Source: Octopus vulgaris
Lineage: Eukaryota
Direction of reading: 5' to 3'
Assembly: GCA_951406725.2 (NCBI GenBank)
Contig: OX597818.1
Span: 58,714,001-58,778,000, forward strand
Length of the DNA: 64,000 nt
In this document: positions 39,273 to 54,228 of the stretch, in pieces
Position numbering within the stretch: the stretch's first letter is position 1
How the letters are laid out: each line of letters opens with the position of its first letter
Program-made: the position numbers and the translations under genes
The notes under the pieces: generated by a model
The model's database searches: none
Seen by the model: the letters and a program-made list of their open reading frames with translations, nothing else
What the model was told of the DNA's origin: nothing

Positions 39273-40370
39273 ATAGTTATATTATATTTTTGGGTTTAAA
39301 TAATTAATGTATTGAGTCAAAATTCTCAATTTCTCTCTCTAACAAATGTCATAATGCAATTATGAATTTAAACGCTGGTTTCTGAATATTTCACACTGTC
39401 CTCAATGCACTGGCTTACTCAAGAACTATATAAATTTCTTGTGACGCAAGACAAGCCAATTCTTTTCAGGGTAGATTTTATCGGTGTGAATGTCGAAAAT
39501 TGTAACTTCATAATTTTCACAGGATACAAAATTTTGGTTTCTTCAGCGTATATTTTCTTCAATACTCAGCAGAATATATTTCTAATAAACTTTACCTATT
39601 AAAGCAACAGATCTGCCTTCTTAGCTTCGTTGATAATTAACTTTTTTCTCAAATTTTAAATGCCAGTAAGATACATTCTTGGCTGCTATTACCACATTTT
39701 ATGTCAACTTCTATAGCAGTATTCTATATTATTATACCATTGCAGACATAATATACAAGAATTTAAAGTTTAGCAGCAAGAATCGATATAAAATTTAAGA
39801 CAAGAGTACTGTATTTCATATTCAGAAACATTTTATTGTGCAACTACATTCACATCTCGCCAAATTATGCTTGTTTAATTCGGTTGCCTACGAAGATGAG
39901 GTTCACTTCATTTCGTCATATAAGGACGCCAAAACGAAAAATAAATATTGGTCTATGAAAAATTGACTTCCAAAAGAGCCGAAAGTTGTTTTTAAAGCAA
40001 GTATACAAAAGAAATAGTGTAAAGATTACAAGTTACAAGAACAACAGGATTAAGTTGAGCATTTTAGAGAGAGCATTAAAAGTCTGAAAAAGTGTCTGCT
40101 CTTATAAGTAAAAAAAACAACAACATATCCTTATTTCAATGAAGAGCGGGATCAAGCAACAAAATGTGGGGTAAGTGGAATTCCACAAGATATAGACATT
40201 TTGAAAATTTTCTGTTATAGAAATATAGGAAGCTCCCTCGTTGGATTGACTGTTTAAATCATTTTAGCACAAATCCCCAATTGACTAATGTAATCAGTGA
40301 AGATTTTTAGACGACAAGACATCTTAAAAACCCATTGGGCGATGTACGTTGTTAATATTCTTCATTTCAA

Positions 40371-40575
40371 GGTGGCGAGGTGGCAGAAACTTTAAGACAC
40401 CGGCCGAAATACTTAACGGTACTTCTGCTGTGTTTACGTTCTGAGTTCAAATTCTGCTGAGGTAGACTTTGTCTTTCGTCCATTTGGAGTCGATGAATTA
40501 AGTACCAGTTGTGTACTGAGGTCGATATAATCAACTGGCCTTCTTTCTCAAAATGTCGGGTTTTGTGCCAAGAGT
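40371..40575 (+). mobile_element. Family B SINE, diverged
   Basis: ggtggcgaggtggcagaaac...ctgagttcaaattc...taagtaccag. Confidence 0.8.
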
Positions 40576-40729
40576 ATTTCAAGAGATATAATATAGATAA
40601 CATGGTTGTAATTATTCCCCTTGCCCCTTAAAACCTTTTTAAAGATTTTTGTTTTTTTTACTCGAAATTTTTCATTTAATTTCTTGTCTTAACTTCCTCA
40701 CTGTGTAACTAAGATATACGATATCATAG

Positions 40730-40807
<78 letters not shown>

Positions 40808-41939
40808 ATAGATATATAACGGGAAGCTTTATGAAAATAGACAAAAGACGAAGGCAGGTTTACATACATATATATATGTGCGTGTGTGTGTGTATATGTA
40901 CATGATTGTGTGTGTTTCTGTGAGTGTATGTGTGTTTATGTGCGTGAAATATGCATAAAGCCGTACATTCCGAAAGAAATTGAATGGACTTTCAGAATAA
41001 CGTCCTTTGTGTCCGTAAACTACTATAAACGTATTTCGTATAAGCTATTATTGGGTGGGAAAATGGAGGGGCTTCGTTCTGTTATCTTCCAGATAATCTG
41101 TGGCTTTTAAATATGCTTCTGTTCTTACATTATTTGCCATGAGGATTTGTTGCATTGAAGTGAATACTTGTGTGACTGTGTGAGTTCGTCTCTGTATCTA
41201 TGTTCTTACGTACGTCTTTACATACCAGTGGTTTGGCGTAAGAATTTCAATGGTTTTGAAAAGCCTTTCGAACATTTCCCATAGAATATAAAGTTACAGC
41301 GTATAATGTCATATATTCCATGTATTGTTGCATTATTTATTCGAAGAGTAAATAAATATATCTTCATTAAATTAAGGTGTCACATTTATGAATATTTAAA
41401 CGGAACATGGAGAGAACTGAATTTTAAATGCGTTGGAACGTGTTCAAATTAATCTATATTCATTTCAATTAGACTGACCCCAGCATTATGTTAACTTCCA
41501 AGACAAAACTTAATTTTCCTTTAATCAATTTTCACAAATATGACACATATTTGATTACAAAGCTATCAATTATTTAAAAGACCCAACAGGTGTTTTAAAT
41601 AATTGATTTAGCCATATTTATCTACATCTCACAGTAGGTTAAATTGTATGTTGTAGTGGCATGTAACTAACTTACATGTTCTTTGAGTTATTTTGAAATT
41701 CGGTGGAGTTTATTTCAGCTGCATCACCAGATGTTTCATATACATATAAGTTCTCATCATCTATTATATTTCTACTTGCATACGATGAACAATGCAATCC
41801 TGTACTTGCTAGTCTTGGTCAAGAGAGTGCTACACTCCATAGGATTTTATCAATGTGACATTGATTCAGTGCATGTGTATTGTGATAATGCGGAGATAAA
41901 TATACTAACCTATAAAACGGTGAGTCTGACTATGCCCCC

Positions 41940-42008
41940 TCTCTCTGTCTGTCTGTCTGTCTCTCTCTCTATCTATCTATCTATCTTTCTGTCTGTCTGT
42001 CTATCTAT

Positions 42009-42106
<98 letters not shown>

Positions 42107-42115
42107 GTCTCTCTG

Positions 42116-42155
<40 letters not shown>

Positions 42156-42165
42156 CCTGTCTGTC
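41940..42165. repeat. (TCTG)n/(TCTA)n microsatellite
   Basis: Direct inspection. Confidence 0.95.
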
Positions 42166-43414
42166 AGCCGCAGCACCTACATTGCTAGAAATGATACTTA
42201 AACACTCTTAATGTTATAAGATGAGCGCAAAGTAAAATCGCAGATGGTAGAAAAGAGAAACGAACACGCAATCCAGCGAGAAAAGTATTACCAAAAAAAA
42301 AAAACATATATTTTGTTGCTTTACTTTTATTGATAGATTGGCTGTACTGTCCTCTATTCCGGATGTTCATATCAGCGAGCATTTATGAAGATAAACAGAA
42401 TTCCTTTGTTTCATATTAACATATACGCAGAATATAAATATTCATTTGGATACTACATTTGATAAAATTATTCAAAATGTGAGTACTTTATTGGAATTTA
42501 GTTTATTCACCCTTCACATATAAAATCAGGTTCGCCAAAAGTTATAGACTAATAACAAATTCTTACAAGGCATTTAGTACGAGTTTATTTTGTTATTGCC
42601 AACTGATTTTGAACCGCTTCATAACAGTTATAAATTAGGTTTCGTAAACCTCTGGATAAATTTTTTGTCTGCTATTTATATTAAGCTACCCATTTTGCGA
42701 TATAGTGGATTAAATCACTATTGTTTGGATTTAAGCTCGAGTTGAGTGAAGGGCAACCTTTAAGTAACTTGTAAATGTTCAACACATCAGGCATAATGTA
42801 AACCTAACAATAAGATGCCATTAGACATTATATTGATCTTAAAATAGATTTAGAAACGCCTAACTAGAAACATTTTCTAATCTTAAGAAGACAAACACAC
42901 ACACATGAATTCATATATACTCGCATATTCATATTTAAATGTACATGGTTGTGTTTATGTGTATGTGTGTTTTTGTGTGTGTATATTATAGACAGTATTA
43001 AAATGTAATTCTCAGTTGAGGTCGTATGATAAATAGATTATTTTTCAAGAGATATCTCGATGGTTTATCTGCCGATTGGAGACGAACAGTTGTTTACCCC
43101 GATCATTTTGAGATAACCTCTTAATTTGCAGAGGTCACAATATGGTGATGAATAATATAAGAAACAAAATTTCAATCATACTTTTCTATAATTCCTAATA
43201 AATCTGACTCTATAAGAAACGTTTCTTCCAGATCAATGGCCAAGCCTACTACATCTATCAGCATTAGGAATGTTTTGAAAATGAGTGTGTACGTCATTAA
43301 TATAAATCTTCATAATGAAAGTTCATGGATAAAGTGTAATATACTAACGGCTAATTCCTACATTTCTTTGACAATACATTATTTGATAAAACGGAAATAT
43401 ATATCTATTTCTAT

Positions 43415-43665
43415 TTATGTATGTATATACGTATGTATGTATGTATGTATGTATGTATGTATGTATGTATGTATGTATGTATGTATGTATGTATGTGTGT
43501 ATGTATGTATGTATGTATGTATGCATGTATGTATGTATGCATGTGTGTGTATGTATGTATGTACGTATGTATGTATGTATGTATGCATGTATATAAGTAT
43601 GTATGTATGTATGTATGCATGTATGTGTGTGTATGTATGTTGTATGTATGTATGTATGTATGTGC
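43415..43665. repeat. (TATG)n microsatellite
   Basis: Direct inspection. Confidence 0.95.
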
Positions 43666-43744
43666 AGATTTGTGTGTTTTATGAATGTATTCTCATACAT
43701 ATATTTGCTTATCTAGACATGCTTGTATATGTTAAAAATGATTA

Positions 43745-46060
43745 ACTTCTGGAAAGTTTCATAGATCTTTACAGTTCTAGTGTTGGATTGGATCTGTAGT
43801 TTTCGAATTAGCTTTCTGCTTTCTGGTTTTGAGAAGACTTATTTCTCAAGATTGGTATTTAGGCAGTGTGTTGTATAGCCCAGAGATCCAATAAGTATAA
43901 CTATAAACCTGGACTTGTAATCTAGATACACTAGCTGCAGCTTTCTTAGTAGATCAGCATTGGTGTTCTCTTTTTCACTGATCTTCAGCTTTATGTTAAC
44001 ATCTGCTGGGCAGCTAATTTCCACAACTGTACACAGTTTCTCTTCTCAGTCCCAAATTATTATATCAGGTCTGGTGTGCTTACATTTTATTGAGGTCTTC
44101 ACTGGTACATTCCAACAGTATTCCTTTTTATTATGAGTGGCTATGGCTTCTAACATATTGTGGGTTCTTATTTCTTTGTCCTCGGGATTATCCTTCCGAT
44201 GGATTTCCTTATAGAGTGTCCTGGCTACAACATCATGTCACATGGGTAGATAATGCCATGATGAGATTTTCGGACAACTGCTTATGATGTGGTTAATATC
44301 TTCAGTTTGTACACTACAAAGTCTGCATTGGTTGTCACATTTTATGGCTTTTTCTGCATCTCTCAGTCTTTTGTGTATTAGGTATTTAGTTGATATTTCC
44401 TGTTCCCGGATTGCAAACACATACCTTTCAAAGAGGGGGATAGTTGTACGGCGAAGGGTCCATGTTAAACTGCTTTCATTATCGATGTTACTATCATCGC
44501 GAAGCTTTCTACTAACATAACTATACATAGTCTTCTGCTCATGCAGGCTCATCCTTTAATCTGATGATACGTTGCGGCAGAGTCGTGTGACTTGTTTGAG
44601 CATATATTCTGGGTTATTAGATAAAGTGCGTTGCTCAAGGAGATCCCTCCCAAGTCTTATGATATTTTCAGCCTCATGTATGCAAACTTGGTCAAGGGAT
44701 GCAGTTCGACACTTTGTGGTTAAAATCTGTTGCCGAAGGGATATGATGCGACATTGAAAGGCATTTTGTATTGATTTTAAGCCTCTGCCGCCTTGTTTTC
44801 GTTTTAGATAGGAGCGGTCTGTGTCACTGTTTATGTGGATGTTATGTGTGCTTCTTAGTATTTTTCGGGTTTTGACATCAATGGCTCGGATCTCATCAAG
44901 CTTCCAATCAAGCAGTCTAAATATTGGTATGGAGTACTGGCACTGCAAACACATTGTGGATCATGTTTTATTGAATGCAGAGAGTTCTGCGGTTGAAATG
45001 TTCTTTATTTGGCAGTAAAATACTTTAGTGACACGTGTTTTGTTACAGATGCCATTGTAAGATATATTTTCATCCACCCATAGACACATGTAACATTCCT
45101 TATCATATACAGGGGAAACAGTCAAATCATTGATGGAGATATTACTATCATTGATGGTTTATAGTTATCCCCCTTTTAACAACCATATTAAAACATTTTT
45201 CCTGACCAAATTCCAACCCTAGATCCTTGTTGTAACTAGGTGAAGGCTCTTTTTCATCGCAGGCATATTCTTTGCATAAACTTATTCTTGTCGAGAAATT
45301 TCAAGAAGGGTTCATTTCACTGGCATATAATCCTGATCACCACTACTACTACGATATTCGTTGCGGTTGTGTCTGCTATTTACCATAATCGTAGTAGTGG
45401 AGGCACATGGTCTAGTGGTTAGAGCAGCGGATTCGCGGTCGAGGGATCGCGGGTTCGAATCTCAGACCGGGTGATGTGTGTGTTTATGAGCGAAACACCT
45501 AAGCTCCACGCAGCTCCAGCAGAAGGTAATGGCAAACTTCTGCTGACTCTTTCGCCACAACTTTCTTTCCTCTTGCATCTTGCAGCTCACCTGCGACGGA
45601 CCGACGTCATGTTCAGGTGGAGAACCTATACCCCAAGGAAACCGGGAAAACCGGCCCTTATGAGCTAGGCATGGCTCGAGAAGGAACAAAAAACAAACAT
45701 AATCGTTGTAGGGGAGGCAATGGTCAGTATTTGAACAAGTAATGAAGTTTGGCTGGCAGGCACTGTGGAATCTGTTGGAATGTCGCTAGCTGCACAACCA
45801 CGTTGAGGTTTTATATCATTCACGATTTCGTCCTTGTTTATAGAGCTGGGAAGAAGGTTAATTTTCGATTTTTTAATAAAGTAACAGTTACTAACCTTCT
45901 TTCTATATTCTACAAATGCTGCTTGCTGGCGTAGCTGCTTCGCAGTAAAATGATTGAATTCTGGATGCAAATCGTCCTGATATATGTCCAATTGATTCGT
46001 ATAGCCAACGGCGGGGTTTTGTTTCGCTTTTTTATAGAAGTTAAATAAATTATTATACGA
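43745..46060 (-). pseudogene. R4/Dong-like RLE non-LTR retrotransposon relic, internally deleted and interrupted by a SINE
   Basis: YLKRKQGGRGL, CRLC..EDINHIISSC zinc knuckle, PDIIIWD and EISCP endonuclease motifs; N-terminal-like DDLHPEF..KQLRQQA at 45.9-46.0 kb. Confidence 0.8.
45399..45696 (+). mobile_element. Full-length family C SINE with target-site duplication
   Basis: ggaggcacatggtctagtggttagagc...gggttcgaatctc; CATAATCGTWGTAG at 45384-45397 and 45698-45711. Confidence 0.9.
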
Positions 46061-46102
46061 TTCATAACTCCAGGAGAGTTATGTATGTGTCTGTCTCTCT
46101 GC

Positions 46103-46170
<68 letters not shown>

Positions 46171-46190
46171 TTATATACACACACATACAT

Positions 46191-46221
<31 letters not shown>

Positions 46222-46349
46222 CAAGTGAGTGAACAAAAGTAGGAAAATACTATTCAGTAGAATTATTAGTGGGAGTTAGACATACTGTTATTTAAAAGTT
46301 TGATTCGGTTAATTGATACTTAAATTTTAGCAGGTTTCTAACAGAAACA

Positions 46350-47068
<719 letters not shown>

Positions 47069-47069
47069 A

Positions 47070-47272
47070 GGGAGAATTCACAAAAAAAAACAAAAGACGA
47101 AGACAGGTGGAGTAGAGATATGTATTTATGCTAATACAAACAGATGTATTAGTGTAACTCTACGGAATTGAAAAAAAGTCTTTAACGTTTCGAGCCTACG
47201 CTCTTCCACAGAAAGGAACACAGAAAGAAGCAAGGGGAGAAAATAAAGAATGTGTAGTGGGTAGCGATCTAT
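47070..47272 (-). mobile_element. Penelope-like short element with variant hammerhead-like motif (47180-47215)
   Basis: Minus strand CTTT CTGTGGA aGAGCgtagGCTC GAAAC GTT AAAG. Confidence 0.65.
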
Positions 47273-48179
47273 GTGTTTTGCATACCTGCTTATAAAGAAG
47301 GATTATTAGGTAGAAATTTATATGAAAGCAACAGTAAGGTGCTTTGATATAAAATTCGTCATATAGATTCACATTGAGACTGGGAATATATTAGAAATTC
47401 TACCGAATATATCGTTACGAATTCATATTGCTTTCTTGTCCAAAACCGTGGGCATACTTTCTTATCGGTGTTCGCCAGTGCCACGACTGACAAATTTGGG
47501 GGCATCCAAAATGCCATCGTCCAAATGCAAGATTTCTGAAAGTACACTCAATGCTTATTCTTTCGATCTTTCGATGAACAAAACAGAATTTAAGTTTCTG
47601 AGTTCCTTGAACCCTCAAAAGTGAAAGTGCAAATGTATAAGTGTGACCGGAATTGTATTTTAATTCATTCTATCCTTTCATTATGCTGCGATTAGCTAAA
47701 ATACGACATGACTTATATTAGTTTAAACCATCAACCCTATATCATTGTTTTTTGGCAGTATATACTTATTATAATAATTAAAAAAATAATAATAAAACGC
47801 ACGGTATTGGGCTCCTGCTTTTTGGAACTCTATTTTATATTTCCTTTCTATATATTTTTATATTTCCTTTTTTCAATTTTTTGACATAGATATTTCCAAG
47901 ATCTGCATCGAGGTGAAACAACGTTTTATAAGTGCAAACATGGGCAAATGTAGGAACACAGTTTCTTAATATGAGTGAAATATTCCGTTCCTTTCACTAG
48001 TTCTCTTTCAAACGTAAGCGTTTCTTAAGTCGACTTAATGGTTCATAAGTGGAATAAGGGATTGTTTCTGGGGACATTAAATGATTACTTGAGCCACAAG
48101 CAATTAATTTTCTTTAGTAGTAACATTGTCCGGTCGACCACTTTTGTCTGCATTTCAGATAGAGTCTGTCTGCGTGAAA

Positions 48180-48292
48180 CCTTGGGCAAGTGCCTTCTAC
48201 TATAGCCTCGGGCCGACCAAAGTCTTGTGAGTGGGTTTGGTAGACGGAAACTGAAAGAAGTCCGTCGTATATATATGTATATAAATATATAA

Positions 48293-48348
<56 letters not shown>

Positions 48349-48558
48349 TTGTGTGTCTGAGTTTGTCCCCCCAACATCGCTTGACAACTGAGGCTGGTGC
48401 GTTTACGTTCCCGTAATTTAGCGGTTCTGCAAAAGATTCCGATAGAATAAGTACTGGGCTTACAAGGAATAAGTCCTGGGGTCGATTTGATCTACTAAAG
48501 GCGGTGCTCCACCATGGCCACATTCAAATGACTGAAACAAGTAAAAGAGTAAAGAATA
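48180..48558 (+). mobile_element. Family A SINE, 5'-truncated
   Basis: ccttgggcaagtg (CORE-like) through tail gactgaaacaagtaaaagag. Confidence 0.9.
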
Positions 48559-49306
48559 TTATCGAAAGAATTAGTTCAAATCAGATAGGATCCTGGAATT
48601 CTTATGTTAAAGAAAATATATAGAGAAATGTAGATTGCATTTCACTCATATTTAGCTACTGTATAACCACTTTTGACCACAAGTGTATATATATATTCAT
48701 AATCATATCTGAAGGCTGATGCTTTTGATAGCTAATGTTGTATAGAAAATATAACAAAAACCCAACTTACTGCCTTGCTCTCTAATACTTTTGTCTGCTC
48801 CGTTATTACCTCATTGAACTGTTTAACGGTTTCTAGGGAGATCTGTTCTCTATAATTCTGTTTCCATTATGGCTTCCACATAAATATGTAGCTTGTCTAG
48901 CGGCGTTTCATTCATAATGAGACTGTCGTTCCCTATGCATTTTCGAATGACAATTTACAGACTCAAAGTATTATCCTTAACACAATCGCGCCTTACCCGA
49001 TTAGTCCTAAGTGAACTGCAGTCCTGGTGGTGTTAATATGAAGTCGTTGAGTTTGCTGAACATTTCTGTGTTAAAGAGAACTTCAAGGAGGCTAATCCTA
49101 TTGAGAAATGTGGATACTGAAGGCTTAATTGAAGCTACAGAAGATATCAATATATCAGGTATTCATATAAATGAAAAGGAAATACTGGTAAATAAAGAAG
49201 TTTTTAACCGTATGTGATATAGAGAGTGAGTGAGGTAGAAATGTCAGACCACGAACGGATGGGGAAAAGGCAGTTGAATGGAAGTAAGAGTTGTAAATAT
49301 ACCAAG

Positions 49307-49363
<57 letters not shown>

Positions 49364-50132
49364 AAGAAAGTGGTATAAAGTTGAATGAAAAATGCGAAAG
49401 AAGACAATAATGATATAAGGAAAAAGAGAATGGCAACAGGGGAAATTGCAGAGCTTTCAAAGAAAGGCATTACGAAATAAAGGAATAAAGGATCGGATGT
49501 TGGGCGCAAGGGGGGGAAATATAAAAGGTGTTAATAGCAGTAGATTAAAGAGATGGTACAAAGCGAAAGTGAAAGTAGCATCTCTAAATAAATGTGACAT
49601 ACGTCAGAAAGTAAATGACAGTTTATTGCGAAAGCTTATAACGAAAAGCCAGAAGAATTAGAAATGTCGAATATGGAGATGCATGTCATGATTGGTTAGA
49701 AAAGAAAGGAGAAATGTGAAATTCTTAATACTGAAGTATATACTTTCTCTTTAATACACAGAGATCACACGCATACACCCAGACACACATGTATACATAC
49801 ACACAGAGACACACGTGCATACACATGCACGCACATACATACACACACAAATAAAATAGAAAAAACTGGTTTCCTAGACACAAGCAGTACACTCGGAAAG
49901 CTCTCACGCAAGGAATCAGCTATCAGTTCTTATGGTAGCTAAACTACGACATATGTTTATTCGCGGATGCAACCGGAAATCCAGTATACACAAGCAGTGA
50001 ATATTTCCGTATGGAACAATTAATAAACAAAAAAATCATAGAATCACTTCTCATATCACCTGATTCTATGCTGATTCTATGCTTACACACACACACACAC
50101 ACACACACATGTATGTGTCCTTGTCTATGTGC

Positions 50133-50236
<104 letters not shown>

Positions 50237-50364
50237 CATATATAATTACATACACGTATTCTTGTATTCTTTTACTTGCTTCAGTCATTTGACTGAGGCC
50301 ATCCTGGAGCACAGCCTTTAGTCGAGCAAATCCGTTACAGGACTTATTCTTTGTAAGCCTTATT

Positions 50365-50630
50365 CCTTGTTCATTGCCATTAATTTACTTGTTCTCGGTC
50401 TATATCTTGTAACTCTTCTTTCAACATACTGTTCCTGCCCCATATCTCATCAAAGCCCCCACCCACATGTAAATTGCTTTAATCTTATAGCTGCCATTTA
50501 GCTTTGATTGGAACACGAGTCGAGTTCTCCTCAAATACTCTTTCCTCTACATTTCTTTCATCTTGTGTTCATTTATCTTATCTCTTTCAATGATACCCAG
50601 ATATTTATAGCCTTCCTGGTTTTGATGATT
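50365..50630 (-). pseudogene. R4-like reverse transcriptase C-terminal fragment
   Basis: Minus-strand GYKYLGIIERD...EYLRRTRLVFQSKLNG..KIKAI...MRYGAG. Confidence 0.75.
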
Positions 50631-51489
50631 CTGTGGTATTAGCCCGGTGCGCTAACAATTCTGCCGACTCGTCCCCTTAATAACGGTATTAGCATGGCAT
50701 CAAATTGCACCCAGTTGTGGTGTCACGACGGGGGAAGAACAAGGTTGCCCTTAACGAGAACTTCCTTCAAGCCACCTTTGCGCAAAGTGTAGCACCCGTT
50801 AGCCCACCCCGAGACCTAGAAATATCAGGTTGGCATCTTGTCTCATAGGAGCAGGGGTCCCTTTAGTCTTTGTCGGCAACCCTTCTAGTGAAGATGACTC
50901 AATAAAAACACCGACTGCTGTGCCATCTCAACACCGAAATTCTCAGGAGTGAAAATGACAAATACAACGATATAAAACAATGGATTGATCGAAACTGGCA
51001 CTAAAAACAGTGTACGCGAAGGTAGATGTGGACTGTCGGAATTGGGGCTATTACCCACTTATTGATGTTGTCACGATAAACATATTGGTGATTGCACAAC
51101 CGTACAAATGCTACCTCTAAAGGAGTGATGTTAAATATAAGTAATAACCACCACAGCTCTCCCAATGAGGTTATAACTGTTAATAGTGAAGGTGTAGCGC
51201 ACGGCAGGAATAGGGTATCTGATCAATCTCCAGGAGGTCGTCATCAGGCTATCGATTAGTACCAAAATCGCTGTCAAAACTGGAAAAGAAAAAGAATAAA
51301 ATGGGCAAAAAGGAAACAACAGACAAAGAAAAGCACTCAGAGAGCTCCAACCTCCGCCAAGGCAGCACCAACGTCCTCTCAATGATTAGTCAGAGATGAT
51401 TTTTAAATTGAGAATACCTGAAATAAACTTGACTGGTCTCACGAACGAGAATTCTAAAAAGGAATCCGACCGTTCTCAAAAACGAGAAT

Positions 51490-51705
51490 ACTAAACATGA
51501 ACCCTGCCGCTCTCAAAATTTAATAAAATACAGGGAAAATAACCCAGAATCATTGTCCGTTGCCGGATTACAGTCACGAGGCCATACATCTCAGACAGGT
51601 TTATCCGAATGCATCCAACGGTTCTTGAGATACCTTGTCCACGGACAAACAAACAAACACACACGTCTGGAAACAAACCTGCCTTCGGTAAGGCCGAGGT
51701 AATAA
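51490..51705. mobile_element. Helentron-like non-autonomous element end
   Basis: gtttatccgaatgcatccaacggttcttgagat, acaa repeats, terminal hairpin cctgccttcggtaaggccgaggtaat. Confidence 0.45.
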
Positions 51706-52984
51706 TAATATAAGGAATTTCAAATGAGCCTGAATTTGAAAGAATTGAGGATGTTTTCGAAATATATATACAATGTTAAAAACAATTCTCGGGGTCAATT
51801 TTAGTAGATTATTTGGAAGTGCACTAGGAATTGCAATATTGTTTGCATTTTTGGGGTGGGTGGGGTAATTTGTTTGTTGTGTAACCGTGTAATTTCTTTT
51901 CCAGTAGAACTCTCCCCACTTCCACCCCAGTCCCACACGCTCACAATATCTATACAGAGAGAATTAACAATGAACATTTGTAAGACAGCTCGTAAAAAAT
52001 TTTTTTTTAAATCATTAACAAGCCGAAGAGAAAAAAAAGTGAATGAAGCTAATCATGTTGACATTCTAATTGCAGGGAATGAAGAAAGAAAAAAATGGAT
52101 CTGAGAATATAAACTGCAACATTGTAAACAAAACGTGTGACAACAGCACAAGAAGCGACAACACACACACAAGAAAAAAAAATTAGCATTCGCACACTTC
52201 CTTATACTTACACTCATACACACATCGGATAGTGATATGTTTCAGGTCAAACCTAGATGTTCGCAAACGTACTTTTAACTGAACGCTTTCAAATAAAACA
52301 TAAAACATGTGTGTTGCGTCAGCAGCAAAAACATCTTTAAAATCGATCGAACATGATCAGAGCACGATGCATAAACAACACCAAAGATTCTACTACACAA
52401 ATCGATAAGAGTAAAACAGTATAGTGTTTGCTATGATTGTCAATTTTGCTTGTGTAGCAAAACCCAGGCAATATTGCAGTTACAGAAAGATAACGTTAGA
52501 AATACTATATGGCTTCCCGAGAAAGGATTTATTCGACATGTGATCCCCTATTCCAAAGGTTTGCAAAATTTGGAATGACATTCTGTATTACATGGATTAG
52601 TAAGATTAAATCCTGTGAATGACGGACAAATGCCTGGGTAGGAACAAGATGACTATAAACTGAAGGAAGAAATATGTCATCTATCGCAACTGGAATTTAG
52701 GATGGTGAGTGGGGATTCCTGTCCGATCCTGAGCAGAAACGCAACTGCTTTAACAGTATCAAGAACAAATAATTCGTAACCATGGCAATATAACTGACTT
52801 GCTCTCTGGAATAACTACGAGACCGTACCTCTAAAGCCGGGATTGCGAAGTACATGGGGATGTAAATCATGATGTAAATGGATCGGAAATGCTGGAAGCA
52901 GATCGAAATTCCAAATGAATTGGCAAAATATTTTAGAAGGTCAGCGCTGTGGGCGACCTTATATATATATAAACATATAAACAA

Positions 52985-53042
<58 letters not shown>

Positions 53043-53603
53043 TACACATATACAACTTATAAGATAAAATAAATATGTATAAATTCAGTAAAGGACGGTT
53101 TCTACTTCGAGGATTTTCATCAATCACGGGGGATTTTGGAAGTAACACCCGCGATAGTCGATAGATTGCTGTACTTTATTAATACTATTTCAAGTGGTAA
53201 ATCATTCTCTTCGATCTTCCTTCGTTTTTAACAGTGACTGTGACACATTTTCCTTACAAATGGGGGATTACTTTGTCACCCCTTTCTCAGTATTCTCAAA
53301 TGATTCCACCTTCTGTTGTATTCGCCCCACAAGACACCATCTTTCTATGCTGACTCTGTCGTTTCTTCTCAGAACGTTGATCTCACAATGTTACCTTCTT
53401 GCTCATACTTTACCAACTTTTTAGCGGATATCCGTTAGCAATATTTAAATACCAGCGTTGCTGCTTTCACTTTTCCCCACCTCGCTCTCATAAATACTCT
53501 CCTTTCTCTATGCTCACACATCTAACGAAAATTCAGACTTTTGTATCTGAATGAATGCATGTATATGTGTGTGTCTTTATGAATGCATGCATGTATGTAT
53601 ATT

Positions 53604-53687
<84 letters not shown>

Positions 53688-53694
53688 CTTATAT

Positions 53695-54228
53695 ATAGGG
53701 TTGTCCGGAATGTTCGTGACGATTTATAGTAACTTACATTTCGACTTATTTTAGAACATGTTTGAATCCATGAAATAGGATTTGACTACACCTCCATTTA
53801 GAGCACAGTTTAATCTATCTTTTCGTGGAAGAAGGTTTATGTTTCTATAAACTGTGTTAATTTTGTAACCCTTTAAAATGGAAGATAAGAAAGTTCATTT
53901 TCGGCATTTGATGATTTTAGAACCAGACAAAAATTGCTGAAGCTCGGCTGGGATGTGTTACCCCACCCTCCATATTCACTAGATATTGCTCCGTCGGATT
54001 TCCACTTATTCAGATCTCTGCAGAATAGTCTTAATGGTAAATATTTCAATTCCTTCCTTAGATGACTTAAAAAGATATCTTGATGAAACTACCTCAATTC
54101 TGGGAAAGATGGAGACGCATTGTGCAACAAAATAGTTTATATTTGGTTGATAAAAATGTAATGGCAAGTATTTATTGATATTTTTCTTTCCTTTAAAAAT
54201 CGGCACGAACTTTTCGGACAACCCATTA
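53695..54228 (+). mobile_element. Internally deleted mariner (~530 bp)
   Basis: TIRs gggttgtccggaatgttcgtgacgattt / aaatcggcacgaacttttcggacaaccc in (TA)n; retains MEDKKVHFRHL start and GWDVLPHPPYSLDIAPSDFHLF. Confidence 0.9.

Noticed and set aside
45399-45470. tRNA gene-like sequences here and at 130-204 and 28730-28802
   Set aside because: They are SINE heads continuing into SINE bodies (with a TSD at 45399); no proper acceptor stem or Pol III terminator
51190-51250. CTGATGA on the minus strand in a pLTR-like context
   Set aside because: No GAAA/NUH half at a compatible position, so not callable as a hammerhead
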